Below, one piece after another: positions 1-9,730 of a DNA stretch of 64,000 bases. Origin of the DNA: a virus; IMG/VR virus record IMGVR_UViG_3300035698_022738, positions 1-64,000 of that record; one strand, 5' to 3'. Each line of letters begins with the position of its first letter. Position 1 is the first letter of the stretch. The notes beneath the pieces were generated by a model that was not told the origin of the DNA, did not search any database, and saw only the letters and a list, made by a program, of their open reading frames with translations. A program made the position numbers and the translations under genes.

Positions 1-3000
1 CCAGGCCAGCATGATCAGATTTCTCATGGGAATTGGGCGGATGGAAAAGGGGTTGTCAATTGGAGAGAACGAGTTGTACAGAACGACGGAAAAGCTGTTG
101 GACATCAAATCACGACCAAAGATGAGTTGGAGCAAGTTCTTAGAGGAACAAAAGGTCTTTGGGACCCAAACCCCAACAAGCTCCCTGTCTATATCAATCC
201 TCCAGGATCAATAGATGACTATCTTGAAAAGCTGACCGAGCAGCATAGCATAGAGGCTATAAACGAAAGGCGTTTATTTGTTTTTATGGTAGACAACAAG
301 ACTAGAGCTCTCGTCCTGCCAAGTGATATCACTTGGCAGGATTCCCACTGGGCACTTGCTGACTCTGTCTCAGGTCAGATACGGGGAGGACAGCCAGGGT
401 TCCTTTTAGGAGAGCGGGGAAATGTTTCAGATCAGGTGAATAACCTGTTGGATGGCTCAGTGCATGGGCGTGTTTATTTCAAAGAACCGTCTACGGAAGA
501 CTTTAATCTTAAGCTACAGATTGAAAGAATTGAGTTCAATATTGACTATGCTGGTGTTGTGAACACAAGAAACGAAAATTTTGCGTTCAATCTCGACTAT
601 GGGGATCCCTCTATCGGTGTTCAGTCGGGGGACGCTCGTGATAAGGCCTATGATAATATCTACGCTGCTATGGAGCAGCTCTCTAAGTTTGGGCTTGCCG
701 ATGATACTCAAGTTTTGATCCGTGATTGGTCGTTATCAGACGGTGTGCTCACAACTCTCAAACATCTTCCAGGTCAACACGATCAATTCTCTCATGAAAG
801 TTGGGCAAGGCAGGGAGTATTGTCAGGGTTTGAAGACTTTATTCAAGAGGATTACAGAGGACCCAGACCTGAGAGTTCGAGTAAATACGATGAGATGAGG
901 AATCATTATCTACTCCCTCCGGAGGCAGACAGTCCGATCATGGAAGTAAATGACCTGGCCGGAAGTGCCGCCGTTGAGGGGACAAAGAAATTTGTTCAAT
1001 ACCTATACGCTCCGGATGATCCAGATAAATGGGATGAGGACTACTGGTATGAACTCTCGTGGGATGCCGCACAAAAGATTGGAGAATCTTTTGATCCAGA
1101 GATTATAGAGGGTGAGTGGGGAGCTGACTTTTTCAGTGATGGGTACTTTACCGGAGACAAATTCAAAGACCGGGTGGATGATCTCATCAACGGCTGGAAT
1201 GAGCGCATGCCAACAAGTAATCTCACAGGTTTGTCTATGATGGAAGTAGCATCCGACCTTTTTGGTGTTGGTGAATCTGAATTCCAGAAAAATGAAAAGC
1301 CGATGTATGCCGGGGAAGAAGAGGGTAGTGAGAGGAGTGTCGCAGTTAGGGAGAGCCTGCCTCTGGGAGATGTGAGATATTCATTTCCGTTTGAAGAAGC
1401 TTGGAGAGATATGGAGATTCTGCCTCTCGGCTTTCCGACTGACTTCGAGTTTGCAGATGAGAGTAGAGCTGCAACCAGGTACATGCTTGGTAAGATGTAT
1501 GAGAATACTCAAACAGAGTTAGAGGCCGCAGGGGTAGAGAGTGTTATACTTTTCAGGGGGGTTCCGGCGCACAGGTTGGGAGATACTGAGACAGGGGCTG
1601 TCATTGAAATTGAGTCAAATACTCTGACAAGTTGGACAACTAACCCAGAGGTGGCTGCTCAGTTTGGAAGACGGATCGTAGCCGTAGTTCCAAGGGATCG
1701 TATTTTGTCTACCGCAAAAACAGGATTTGGAACATACCCACAGGCAGAGGTTGTGCTCATTGGCGGAATGGGGGGAGATCAAGCTCTTGTTTTGGATACA
1801 CCTGAAGCTGAGAGGATACAAGGTGGAATCTTTGGGGGTGCGTTCAAGCATCTCCCTGGTCAGCATGAACAGATTTCACATGGCAATTGGGCGGACGGCA
1901 GTTTAGAAGGCGATCCTATCCAGACCTCCGACATGTTTATTGTCGATGGCCGTGTGTGTGCATCTATCTTACGGGAGACTAGGGGCTACCATTCAGTTCA
2001 TCCCAATCAAATAGGAGTCTATATCAATCCAGAGAGCTCCCAGGATTATTTGGAAACTCTGAAAGCCCAGAATGGCGACTTGGAATACTACCCGAAGTTT
2101 GAAGTAAGAGTGCTCTATAACCCTAAGACAAGAGCTTTGATCTTGCCCTCCGATCCGATCTACCAAGACTCTCATCAAATGCTCGCTCAGGCCGTTGTGG
2201 GGCGTGATTTGGGGAGCATTGAATTTGATGAGTACGATTCGGGTGACTCCCTAGAAGCATCCTATGTGGGCAATGATTTACTGGACTCTTCGGTGCATTT
2301 GGTATTAGAGATTGACCCAGATGCGGGGTTTGTATTTACAGAGGTTGGAGCAAGTGTTCCCTTTGCCGGAGCAAGTGGAGAAAAGGCCTGGGATAACATC
2401 TATGATGCCTTTGATGCTCTGCACAAGTGGGGCCTGCCAGCGGAAACAAAGGTTGAAGTCTTTGGAGGGAGTTCCTTCAGAGATGTATTGAATACCACCC
2501 TCAAACATCTCCCAGGACAGCATGAACAGGAATCTCACGGAAACTGGGCGGATGGGCGGCCTTCCCTTCCGAGAGGTGCCATCACTGATATTGAGACAGT
2601 AGACAAAGTTTTGTCGAATGTGACAGGGCTCTGGAAGGCAAATGATGAGTCGGATGGGGTGTATATAAACACTCCCCTTGACCAGTATGTCGAAGTCCAG
2701 AAGGAGTTGAAATCATCTTTTGGGGAACCAATGGCATATTTGCCAGCTCTATTTGATCCAAAAACAAAGGCATTGATTTTTCCGAGAAGCCTCGTCTTTG
2801 ACACTCGACATGGAGGGATTGCAAAGAGTGTAACAGGCAATGATGGCGTCACAGAAAAGTACACGACAGATAACCCGCTATTCATTGATTTGATTGATAC
2901 TGAGCGGGAGCTTTTGGACAGGTGTGTACATTTGGAAGTTTTCCTTCGTCCTTCAGAGGATGGGAAAGTCTTGATTCCGGAGGTCACAGCTAATATAGAT

Positions 3001-4587
3001 TATGCCGGGTTCAAAAATGCCAGATACGACAACAAGAACAAAGCATACGACAATATCTACAAGGCTTTCGATAAGATGACCACTCTCGGGTTTCCTGAAG
3101 GCACGAAAGCCAGGATTACGGATAACTCGTTGACATACCCTGTCACGGAAGTTGACACGACCCTCAAACATCTACCAGGCCAGCATGAACAGGAATCTCA
3201 CGGCAATTGGGCTGATGGAATGGTGAAATACGAGAAGCGATTGGGATATGTTCAAGCTCCAAATCCAACCACAAACCCGTTAGATTATACAGACTCGGAG
3301 AAATATGCCCTCGATAAGTTGGGACGATCTTTGTCTACTCTGCACGACTTTTACGGAGAGTTTGATGATTTCCCCGAAGATATGAAAGAGGAATTATACT
3401 CCGTGATGCATGATGCTAGAGATGCTAAAAAGGAATGGCAAGTTGCCATCAAGAAGGAAATCAGCGTAGGAAACATTAAGCTCACAAAAGGGCAGTATAG
3501 TGGGAACTACGGAGATTTTACTGTCGAGGGCGGTCCTTGGAAAGAACCCGCTGACATATCAAGGAATGATCTTGACCTGAGAACTGGTCCAATTGTCCCT
3601 ATGTCAGAGTATCTGTGGCATGTGACAACAGCTGCCACCCAGCTAGAATCTGAGGGCTATATATTGAAGTCTCGGGATGATCTGGCTATGCAGCAAGGGA
3701 CAGGCCTTGGTGGGGGGGATGATACAACTATCAGTTTTTCCGATGACGAAGCGGTAGCAGAGGGTGTATACCGGGCCATGATTGAAGGCAGGGCTGTAGC
3801 CAGGGGTGACATCTCATTTCGTGATATGTTTGATGCCGCAGCTGAGGGTATCGAGGCAGATGAGCCGTGGGCTGGCAGATGGCTTGCATCAGTCACAGGC
3901 AGAACGAAATATGTAGATGAGACTCTTGCACCTGGGGATGCTATGCCACATGAGTTCGAGGCACTGGATGATGGGTATAACGCATTCGCTCTGGGGGTTA
4001 TGTCTCAGCCCATGACTGTTGAAGAAATCAACAGTTTTGACCCCCGTCTCGCAGATGATGGAACACGAGCAGAGGAGATCATACTAAGCCGCGCTGGGTT
4101 TGGTGGTATATTGGATGAGGTAGAACGAGCAAAAAGAAATTATGATGACTTCGAGTGGTCAGGGGTTGAACCTGACCTGTCATTTGAGCCAGTCGATTAT
4201 ACAGATGACGGAGAGCCTCGGTATAAGCACTTCTTGAGAAAAGTATCTCCAATGGAAAAACAAGATAAATACTTCAGTGCTTACACGACATGGCTGGGCC
4301 AGCGAGAAATTGCAAATGGTCCGATGAACCCTTTGTTCTGGAGCACTGATGTACAGTTTCTGGCAAACGCAGATAGGAGCGATATCCAGATACTCCACTA
4401 TCGGTCAAAGCCTGAATCTGTTGGACAGAGAATGGGGTCTCTCGCAGAATGGAGAACGTGGAACGGGGAGGCAGTTGTGTTTGACTCTCCGGCCAGGCAG
4501 TCAATGAATTATGTGGAAGATCAACTTGTCAAAACAAAGTTTGGTGAGAAGGTGATAGAGTCGCTCTACTTAGAGGTATACGACTGA
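1..4587 (+). CDS. Motif-delimited polyprotein 1 (5' truncated by the window edge): modules domain-X, ART (QxE), domain-X, domain-X, HVT-type ART-like
   Basis: Frame 1 is open from base 1 (PGQHDQISHGNWADGKGVVNW...) into the 127..4587 ORF. It has five KHLPGQHxQxSHGxWA-type motifs and an R..S-x-T..QxE ART signature at ~1495-1770. Confidence 0.8.
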   Translation, partial: PGQHDQISHGNWADGKGVVNWRERVVQNDGKAVGHQITTKDELEQVLRGTKGLWDPNPNKLPVYINPPGSIDDYLEKLTEQHSIEAINERRLFVFMVDNKTRALVLPSDITWQDSHWALADSVSGQIRGGQPGFLLGERGNVSDQVNNLLDGSVHGRVYFKEPSTEDFNLKLQIERIEFNIDYAGVVNTRNENFAFNLDYGDPSIGVQSGDARDKAYDNIYAAMEQLSKFGLADDTQVLIRDWSLSDGVLTTLKHLPGQHDQFSHESWARQGVLSGFEDFIQEDYRGPRPESSSKYDEMRNHYLLPPEADSPIMEVNDLAGSAAVEGTKKFVQYLYAPDDPDKWDEDYWYELSWDAAQKIGESFDPEIIEGEWGADFFSDGYFTGDKFKDRVDDLINGWNERMPTSNLTGLSMMEVASDLFGVGESEFQKNEKPMYAGEEEGSERSVAVRESLPLGDVRYSFPFEEAWRDMEILPLGFPTDFEFADESRAATRYMLGKMYENTQTELEAAGVESVILFRGVPAHRLGDTETGAVIEIESNTLTSWTTNPEVAAQFGRRIVAVVPRDRILSTAKTGFGTYPQAEVVLIGGMGGDQALVLDTPEAERIQGGIFGGAFKHLPGQHEQISHGNWADGSLEGDPIQTSDMFIVDGRVCASILRETRGYHSVHPNQIGVYINPESSQDYLETLKAQNGDLEYYPKFEVRVLYNPKTRALILPSDPIYQDSHQMLAQAVVGRDLGSIEFDEYDSGDSLEASYVGNDLLDSSVHLVLEIDPDAGFVFTEVGASVPFAGASGEKAWDNIYDAFDALHKWGLPAETKVEVFGGSSFRDVLNTTLKHLPGQHEQESHGNWADGRPSLPRGAITDIETVDKVLSNVTGLWKANDESDGVYINTPLDQYVEVQKELKSSFGEPMAYLPALFDPKTKALIFPRSLVFDTRHGGIAKSVTGNDGVTEKYTTDNPLFIDLIDTERELLDRCVHLEVFLRPSEDGKVLIPEVTANIDYAGFKNARYDNKNKAYDNIYKAFDKMTTLGFPEGTKARITDNSLTYPVTEVDTTLKHLPGQHEQESHGNWADGMVKYEKRLGYVQAPNPTTNPLDYTDSEKYALDKLGRSLSTLHDFYGEFDDFPEDMKEELYSVMHDARDAKKEWQVAIKKEISVGNIKLTKGQYSGNYGDFTVEGGPWKEPADISRNDLDLRTGPIVPMSEYLWHVTTAATQLESEGYILKSRDDLAMQQGTGLGGGDDTTISFSDDEAVAEGVYRAMIEGRAVARGDISFRDMFDAAAEGIEADEPWAGRWLASVTGRTKYVDETLAPGDAMPHEFEALDDGYNAFALGVMSQPMTVEEINSFDPRLADDGTRAEEIILSRAGFGGILDEVERAKRNYDDFEWSGVEPDLSFEPVDYTDDGEPRYKHFLRKVSPMEKQDKYFSAYTTWLGQREIANGPMNPLFWSTDVQFLANADRSDIQILHYRSKPESVGQRMGSLAEWRTWNGEAVVFDSPARQSMNYVEDQLVKTKFGEKVIESLYLEVYD

Positions 4588-6872
4588 TGAGATATAGAAC
4601 TGGAATTATGCGAAGAATGGTATCAGGTGGGGAGCCGTCGCCGGAAGATGATTTGAGAGATGTTGAGTTGGTTCCCGAGAGTTGGGAAGAGGAGACAGAA
4701 CTGAAACATCTCCCTGGTCAACATGACCAAATCTCTCATGGAAGTTGGGCTCAAGGTAGTGCAGAGGAGCCCGTGAGTCGAACACCTATCACAACAGTTG
4801 AACAAAGAAGGGAGCTCTTGGCTCAAAAGGATTTGTATGTCGAAGGCAATTTTCAGGATGGGCTGATGGGATATGCTCTGAATCCATCTAGTTTTGAGGA
4901 TGTCGTTCAATTTTGGAAAGGGGGCAATGTGGCCCCCAAAAGAGTTCCTGTCCTATATCATCCCAAAACCCACACACTTGTTTTTCCAGATGAGCCAACA
5001 GGACATCATAGAGAAGTCTACCTGGGTTTGTTCAATGTTCCCTTTGTTTATCCCAGTGTTCCATCAGAAGGAGTGCGTGAAGCTCAAACCTACGCAGAGG
5101 GGTTTTCTGATTCTTCAGTCCATCTCTACTTGAATCTTGACAAAGAATACAACATTGTACGGGTGGATGCTGATATAACATTTGCCGGAGAGGGATTTGG
5201 CGGATACGGTATGGGAGAGGACGAAAAAACAAAGGAGAGAGCCTACAAGAAAATTTACGAGTCTTTCGATAAACTGAAGGAAATAGGAATCTCTCCAGAG
5301 ACATCTGCAACTATCTCAGACTACACACTCTCCGGAAATGAACTCTCGACAACTCTCAAGCATCTCCCTGGTAGGCATGAGCAAGAATCTCATGGAAATT
5401 GGGCTAAAGGCAGTTCAACAAGTCTGCAAGAAAAATATACATCCAAAAGAATGTCGTTGATCGAAATTGTTGGAAAGTTGGAGCCCGAGGTTGTTGTCAG
5501 GGTAGCATCCAACCAGATTCCAGAGGGCTTTGGAACATACTATAATTATGAGGGAGAATCTGATTTTTGGTCCCCCCCAAAAGATATTTTGTTTGATGTT
5601 GTTGCCCAGTTCAAAAATCCAATCTTAACTGAGATGTCTGAAAATCTCATTGAACCTGAAAGTCTCGTCGAGGATGCCAGGGCGGCTATGCAAGAGTTGG
5701 GCGGCGGCGGAGAGGATGGATTGGATAACGCTCTTGCTCAGGGATTTCGAGTTGTAACTGTACGAAGGTCCACTAATATAGGTGGATGGACAAGGAGAGA
5801 TGACGAGCTATATATCGTCAAAACAGAACCGTCCAAGTGGTTGGAAGTGCGAGAGAGCCAGGGAACATCTCCAAAAATTGAATCTTCTCAAGGGCAAATT
5901 CCAGAAAACATTAAGTCCATGAGACTTCGAGACATTGATAGAGAAAATGGACAAATGAATCGGTACATATCGGGCGAGCAAGACATCGACGACCCCCTTG
6001 CGCTGAAAGTTGATTCTATCCTGGCTGGGGATAGCAAGGACAAGATAGCTACTAATCTATCAAAGGCAGCTCGTATTTCGTATGATGATGCAAACAGTCT
6101 CATTAAAGGATGGGCACAAACATCAAATGATGGTGATGGGCTGGCTTTGGGAGTCCAGCAAGCGGTGTCCGAAGAGTTTGGAATTCCCATGCAAGATTGG
6201 CAAAAGGAACATATGGCTCGTGTTCAGAGTAGTAGGGAAGAGCATTTTCCTGGGATGATCTATGAGACGGATGCCTATCCTTTTGAGCTAGGTTATCATA
6301 AGGTTCTGTCTGCCGAAACTCTTTTGGATAAGGAATGGAGTGAGTTCGGCAAAGAAAAAACAAAAACCATGCTGCGCGTCATGTATGATCAGACACAGAC
6401 AGAGTTGGAAGCAGCCGGGATTGAATATGTCACAGTGTTTAGGGGCGTTGGGTCCTCTATTCCGGAAACTTTCGAGGATTCTCCGTGGAAGAGTATGGAC
6501 AATCTGTCAATGAACCCGATTTCGAGTTGGTCAACATCTCCTTTAGTTGCCTCAGGATTTGGGAATACTGTGCTCGCGATGCGGGTTCCCAGAGAGCGTA
6601 TTTTATCGACTCCCCAGACGGGTTTTGGCTGTACAAATGAATTTGAGGTTGTCCTTCTCGGAGACCCCAAAGGTCAAGATACTGCTATAATTTTCCCAGA
6701 ATATTTAACTCAGTCATATCCACATGGATCACCCGTCAAAGTCTATGACCCAGATGACAATATCATCAAAGTGGTTGATGACGGAGAAGTGATCTATGTT
6801 GAAGATATGACGAATGAAGAAAAGATGGAATACGGGGTGTGGATAGAGGGAATGGGTTGGACAGTCACATAG
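4587..6872 (+). CDS. Motif-delimited polyprotein 2: 39-aa leader, domain-X module, module ending in an ADP-ribosyltransferase (ExE)
   Basis: Two motif copies. C-terminal VFRGV...ISSWSTS...NEFEVVL is an R-S-E ART signature, paralogous to the ART in gene 1. Confidence 0.8.
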   Translation: MRYRTGIMRRMVSGGEPSPEDDLRDVELVPESWEEETELKHLPGQHDQISHGSWAQGSAEEPVSRTPITTVEQRRELLAQKDLYVEGNFQDGLMGYALNPSSFEDVVQFWKGGNVAPKRVPVLYHPKTHTLVFPDEPTGHHREVYLGLFNVPFVYPSVPSEGVREAQTYAEGFSDSSVHLYLNLDKEYNIVRVDADITFAGEGFGGYGMGEDEKTKERAYKKIYESFDKLKEIGISPETSATISDYTLSGNELSTTLKHLPGRHEQESHGNWAKGSSTSLQEKYTSKRMSLIEIVGKLEPEVVVRVASNQIPEGFGTYYNYEGESDFWSPPKDILFDVVAQFKNPILTEMSENLIEPESLVEDARAAMQELGGGGEDGLDNALAQGFRVVTVRRSTNIGGWTRRDDELYIVKTEPSKWLEVRESQGTSPKIESSQGQIPENIKSMRLRDIDRENGQMNRYISGEQDIDDPLALKVDSILAGDSKDKIATNLSKAARISYDDANSLIKGWAQTSNDGDGLALGVQQAVSEEFGIPMQDWQKEHMARVQSSREEHFPGMIYETDAYPFELGYHKVLSAETLLDKEWSEFGKEKTKTMLRVMYDQTQTELEAAGIEYVTVFRGVGSSIPETFEDSPWKSMDNLSMNPISSWSTSPLVASGFGNTVLAMRVPRERILSTPQTGFGCTNEFEVVLLGDPKGQDTAIIFPEYLTQSYPHGSPVKVYDPDDNIIKVVDDGEVIYVEDMTNEEKMEYGVWIEGMGWTVT

Positions 6873-6878
6873 TTCTTA

Positions 6879-6918
6879 TTGCTCAAAAATGGGCCTTTGA
6901 ACGTTATTTGTAGTAGGA
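6879..6918 (+). promoter_or_regulatory. Putative phage-specific promoter (TTGCTCAAAAA...CGTT...TAGT) plus RBS
   Basis: Near-identical spaced motif at 58572; related copies at 38469, 42617, 44182 and 48038; all intergenic. Confidence 0.55.
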
Positions 6919-6925
6919 GAATTGT

Positions 6926-7198
6926 ATGAATGTTGATGATCTGCACTATTTGGTGCAAGGCTATCCTGGAAATAAGTGTTTGACTCATATCGTTACGAAA
7001 GATGGAAAGGCAATCTGTGGCCTTGGTGAGATTCCTGGGGTTGCTATGAAATTTTCGATTGATTGGGAGACTGCAATCTATACGAAGTTGTGTACAAAGT
7101 GCGCTGATCTGGTAGATATACATGAGTTGAACACTTCCCTCACATGTCGATATGAGTCATATCTGAAAGATTTTGGCATTGAACCCGCAGAGGGCTGA
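6926..7198 (+). CDS. Hypothetical protein, possible Zn-binding (H..C..CxxC)
   Basis: AGGAG RBS; motifs THIV..AICG and CTKC. Confidence 0.6.
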   Translation: MNVDDLHYLVQGYPGNKCLTHIVTKDGKAICGLGEIPGVAMKFSIDWETAIYTKLCTKCADLVDIHELNTSLTCRYESYLKDFGIEPAEG

Positions 7199-7299
7199 CA
7201 GAGCCGTTTTAAGACGGTTTTGGTATGGAGATACACAAATAGAGCATAAAACGCAACAGGGGCCGTTCTGGGGCCTTACAGAGGACGTGGGAGGAAACG

Positions 7300-7590
7300 A
7301 TGGCAGACAAAAAGAAGAAAACTGGTGGTGTGATCTTGGATCGCTCGTTGCATATCAATCCCTACACTGAAGAGGGGAAAAAGGCGCATGACCAGATCAT
7401 GCGTGAGACGCTTGAGGCCCTCGGGGCAGAAGTGCCAGAGGATTTGAAAAAGCGCACGGATGCGGCAGGGCATATCGATATTGATGCCATGATCGAAAAA
7501 GAGCGCAAGGAAAGAGAAGGGGAGTCAAAGGTAGATGTTGGTGATCTGGCAGAGGCTGTGAAAGAACTTGAAGAATCTTTGGAGGAATAA
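7300..7590 (+). CDS. Hypothetical acidic protein
   Basis: GGAGG RBS; TAATG coupling to the next gene. Confidence 0.7.
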   Translation: MADKKKKTGGVILDRSLHINPYTEEGKKAHDQIMRETLEALGAEVPEDLKKRTDAAGHIDIDAMIEKERKEREGESKVDVGDLAEAVKELEESLEE

Positions 7591-8453
7591 TGCGAGCCAG
7601 TAACTTGATTGCTGATCTACAAACTACCCTCAAGCATCTTCCAGGTCAGCATAACCAAGACGATCATGGAAGTTGGGCTCGTGGGCGTCAGTTGCCGTTA
7701 CCAGGGATGAACCCGCCTGGGTCTGAGTTCCCCAAAGTCTTCACAACTCACGGCAGTCAAACAGCAGATGCCGTGATGGTTAAGTGGGCAGAGGAAAAGG
7801 CTTTGCTTACTCATGAAGAGGGTCTGGCTATTGATGACTCCGGCAATGTGATATTTTCTGTTGTCGGAGAGAAGGATGTGATAAATCTCACAGATGACCA
7901 AGCATCTCAGATGCGTGATGCAATCTTCATTCATAACCATCCTGGAGCTGCCTTGACGTTTTCTGGGGAGGATTTGCTTACCTTTTCGCAACAAGAGGTA
8001 TTGGAGGGGCATGTGATTGGAGTAGATCACAATGGTCAATACAATCATTACAGTGTCAGTGCTCCGGAAGGAGACCCTGATAATTGGCCTGCTACTCCAT
8101 ACATTGCGGCTGCTTTGGATTCTGCTCACATCTCAGGGCTATACCTCTATGAGGTCATGACTGAGGACCTGGGCATTGATCAGTATGACGCCCAGGAACT
8201 TTGTGCGTCCTGGGAGAACGAGACGATTGGGAACTATTTTGACATGGACTACAAGGCTGAGGGAGTTAGGAGCAAAGAGAGCTTTGCCACAGAACATTGG
8301 GAGAGATTGAATGCCGCCTTCATTGAACGAGGCTATGGTCCTATTCCTCCGGCGGATGAATTTGCGATTCCCTTTGCATTTGACCCAGTTGACGCAGTTG
8401 ATCAGGCCAGGATGCAATCTATCTTATCTGGAGCATTCACACCATTCTTTTAA
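7590..8453 (+). CDS. Motif-bearing cargo protein with a JAB/MPN-like metalloenzyme domain
   Basis: 14-aa leader, then the motif; EEGL...IHNHPG..TFSGEDL matches the JAB pattern E..HxH-x7-S-x2-D. Confidence 0.7.
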   Translation: MRASNLIADLQTTLKHLPGQHNQDDHGSWARGRQLPLPGMNPPGSEFPKVFTTHGSQTADAVMVKWAEEKALLTHEEGLAIDDSGNVIFSVVGEKDVINLTDDQASQMRDAIFIHNHPGAALTFSGEDLLTFSQQEVLEGHVIGVDHNGQYNHYSVSAPEGDPDNWPATPYIAAALDSAHISGLYLYEVMTEDLGIDQYDAQELCASWENETIGNYFDMDYKAEGVRSKESFATEHWERLNAAFIERGYGPIPPADEFAIPFAFDPVDAVDQARMQSILSGAFTPFF

Positions 8454-8469
8454 TTAAACGGAGGTATAA

Positions 8470-9429
8470 ATGTCATCAATAACGATGATCCCAAGAAGGG
8501 AGAACTTCCCCCAGCAGGGAGGGGTTCGAGAGCATTTGATTCAGTTGACCAAGTGTATTGAGAGTTCAAACAAGTTCAACATTGTTCCATTTGGAGGGAG
8601 CCTCACTCATGTTGAGTCTTCATACAACTCTAAAGACAATATCAGACCGGACATCTATGTTTGTCACGGCGGATTTGAGCCGGAGCCCATTCAGGCTGTC
8701 TTGCGGAATCTAAGAGATGCCAAATTGATAGTGAGTGTTGCCAGGTGGATGGTTCCTGCTTACATGAGTGCAGTAACATACAAAACGGTAGTCATACCGA
8801 ATGGTATTGATCTCGATGATTTCAAGTCAGAGTATTTGCAGAGGGTCGAGACCAAGCCTGGGTATGTTTTGTATCCGAAGGCTGTCCCATATCATATGGA
8901 TGATGTATTTGATATCGCAGGGGCAATGCCAAAAACAAAGTTCCTGACAATCGCCAGGATCGAGAGGAACAAATATCCAAACAATATCCGGTGTATTGGT
9001 TTACAGAGTCATCGGTGGATGAAGAATTACATACGAGATGCTGCCTGCGTGCTACTGACCGGGCCTGAAGTCTGTCCAACGATTATGTTGGAGGCCTGGG
9101 CAGTTGGAACTCCGGTAGTGTTTCACAACTATGATCGAGGAGCCTGGGAGCTGACAACATGGGGACATAGCCATCCGATTTGTGTAGGAGCTATTCCCTA
9201 TAGGACCTTGCCAGAGGCAGTTCGTGCAGTTGAAGTTTGCAGGGACAACAAAGCCTATTATGGGGAAGCCGGTAAGCAAATGGTTGCCGATCATTTTCAG
9301 TGGAACAAACTTTTCAAACGATATGAAGGTGCATATGACGCACTCACGTATGGGGATATTGCCGTGCAAGATTTTATCAAAGCCGCGCAAAAGTGGTACA
9401 CCACGCGACCCTCGCCGTTGCCTGATTAA
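8470..9429 (+). CDS. Glycosyltransferase family 4 (GT-B)
   Basis: GGV N-terminal loop, VIPNGID, EVCPTIMLEAWAVGTPVV (E-x7-E), C-terminal F.W. Confidence 0.85.
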   Translation: MSSITMIPRRENFPQQGGVREHLIQLTKCIESSNKFNIVPFGGSLTHVESSYNSKDNIRPDIYVCHGGFEPEPIQAVLRNLRDAKLIVSVARWMVPAYMSAVTYKTVVIPNGIDLDDFKSEYLQRVETKPGYVLYPKAVPYHMDDVFDIAGAMPKTKFLTIARIERNKYPNNIRCIGLQSHRWMKNYIRDAACVLLTGPEVCPTIMLEAWAVGTPVVFHNYDRGAWELTTWGHSHPICVGAIPYRTLPEAVRAVEVCRDNKAYYGEAGKQMVADHFQWNKLFKRYEGAYDALTYGDIAVQDFIKAAQKWYTTRPSPLPD

Positions 9430-9730
9430 GAAAAAGGGGTATGGGCCAGACTGGATCAGACAGCGCAAGCTGGCTATGGAGCGTGATAATTACACCTGTC
9501 AGAAGTGTGGATACGTTGGAAAGAGGCGGAAGAGTAAGCCACGTAGATGGAGTGTGTCTGTGCATCATATCACAAAGATCAAAAACTTTGCCAACACCAA
9601 GACTGGAGAGGTTGACTACAAGACAGCCAACGACCTCTCCAATCTTGTTACTCTTTGTGATCGATGCCACAAAGCAGCTGACGGTCATACACCACTCAAG
9701 GGATTTTCTGGATTTCGAGGGAAGATATGA
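9350..9730 (+). CDS. HNH endonuclease (start uncertain; the ORF is open from 9224)
   Basis: RDNYTCQKC...VHHI...NLVTLCDRCH. Confidence 0.85.
   Translation: MGILPCKILSKPRKSGTPRDPRRCLIKKKGYGPDWIRQRKLAMERDNYTCQKCGYVGKRRKSKPRRWSVSVHHITKIKNFANTKTGEVDYKTANDLSNLVTLCDRCHKAADGHTPLKGFSGFRGKI

Noticed and set aside
127-4587. TTG at 127 as the true start of the first gene
   Set aside because: The frame is open from base 1 and encodes another motif copy, so the gene starts upstream of the window.
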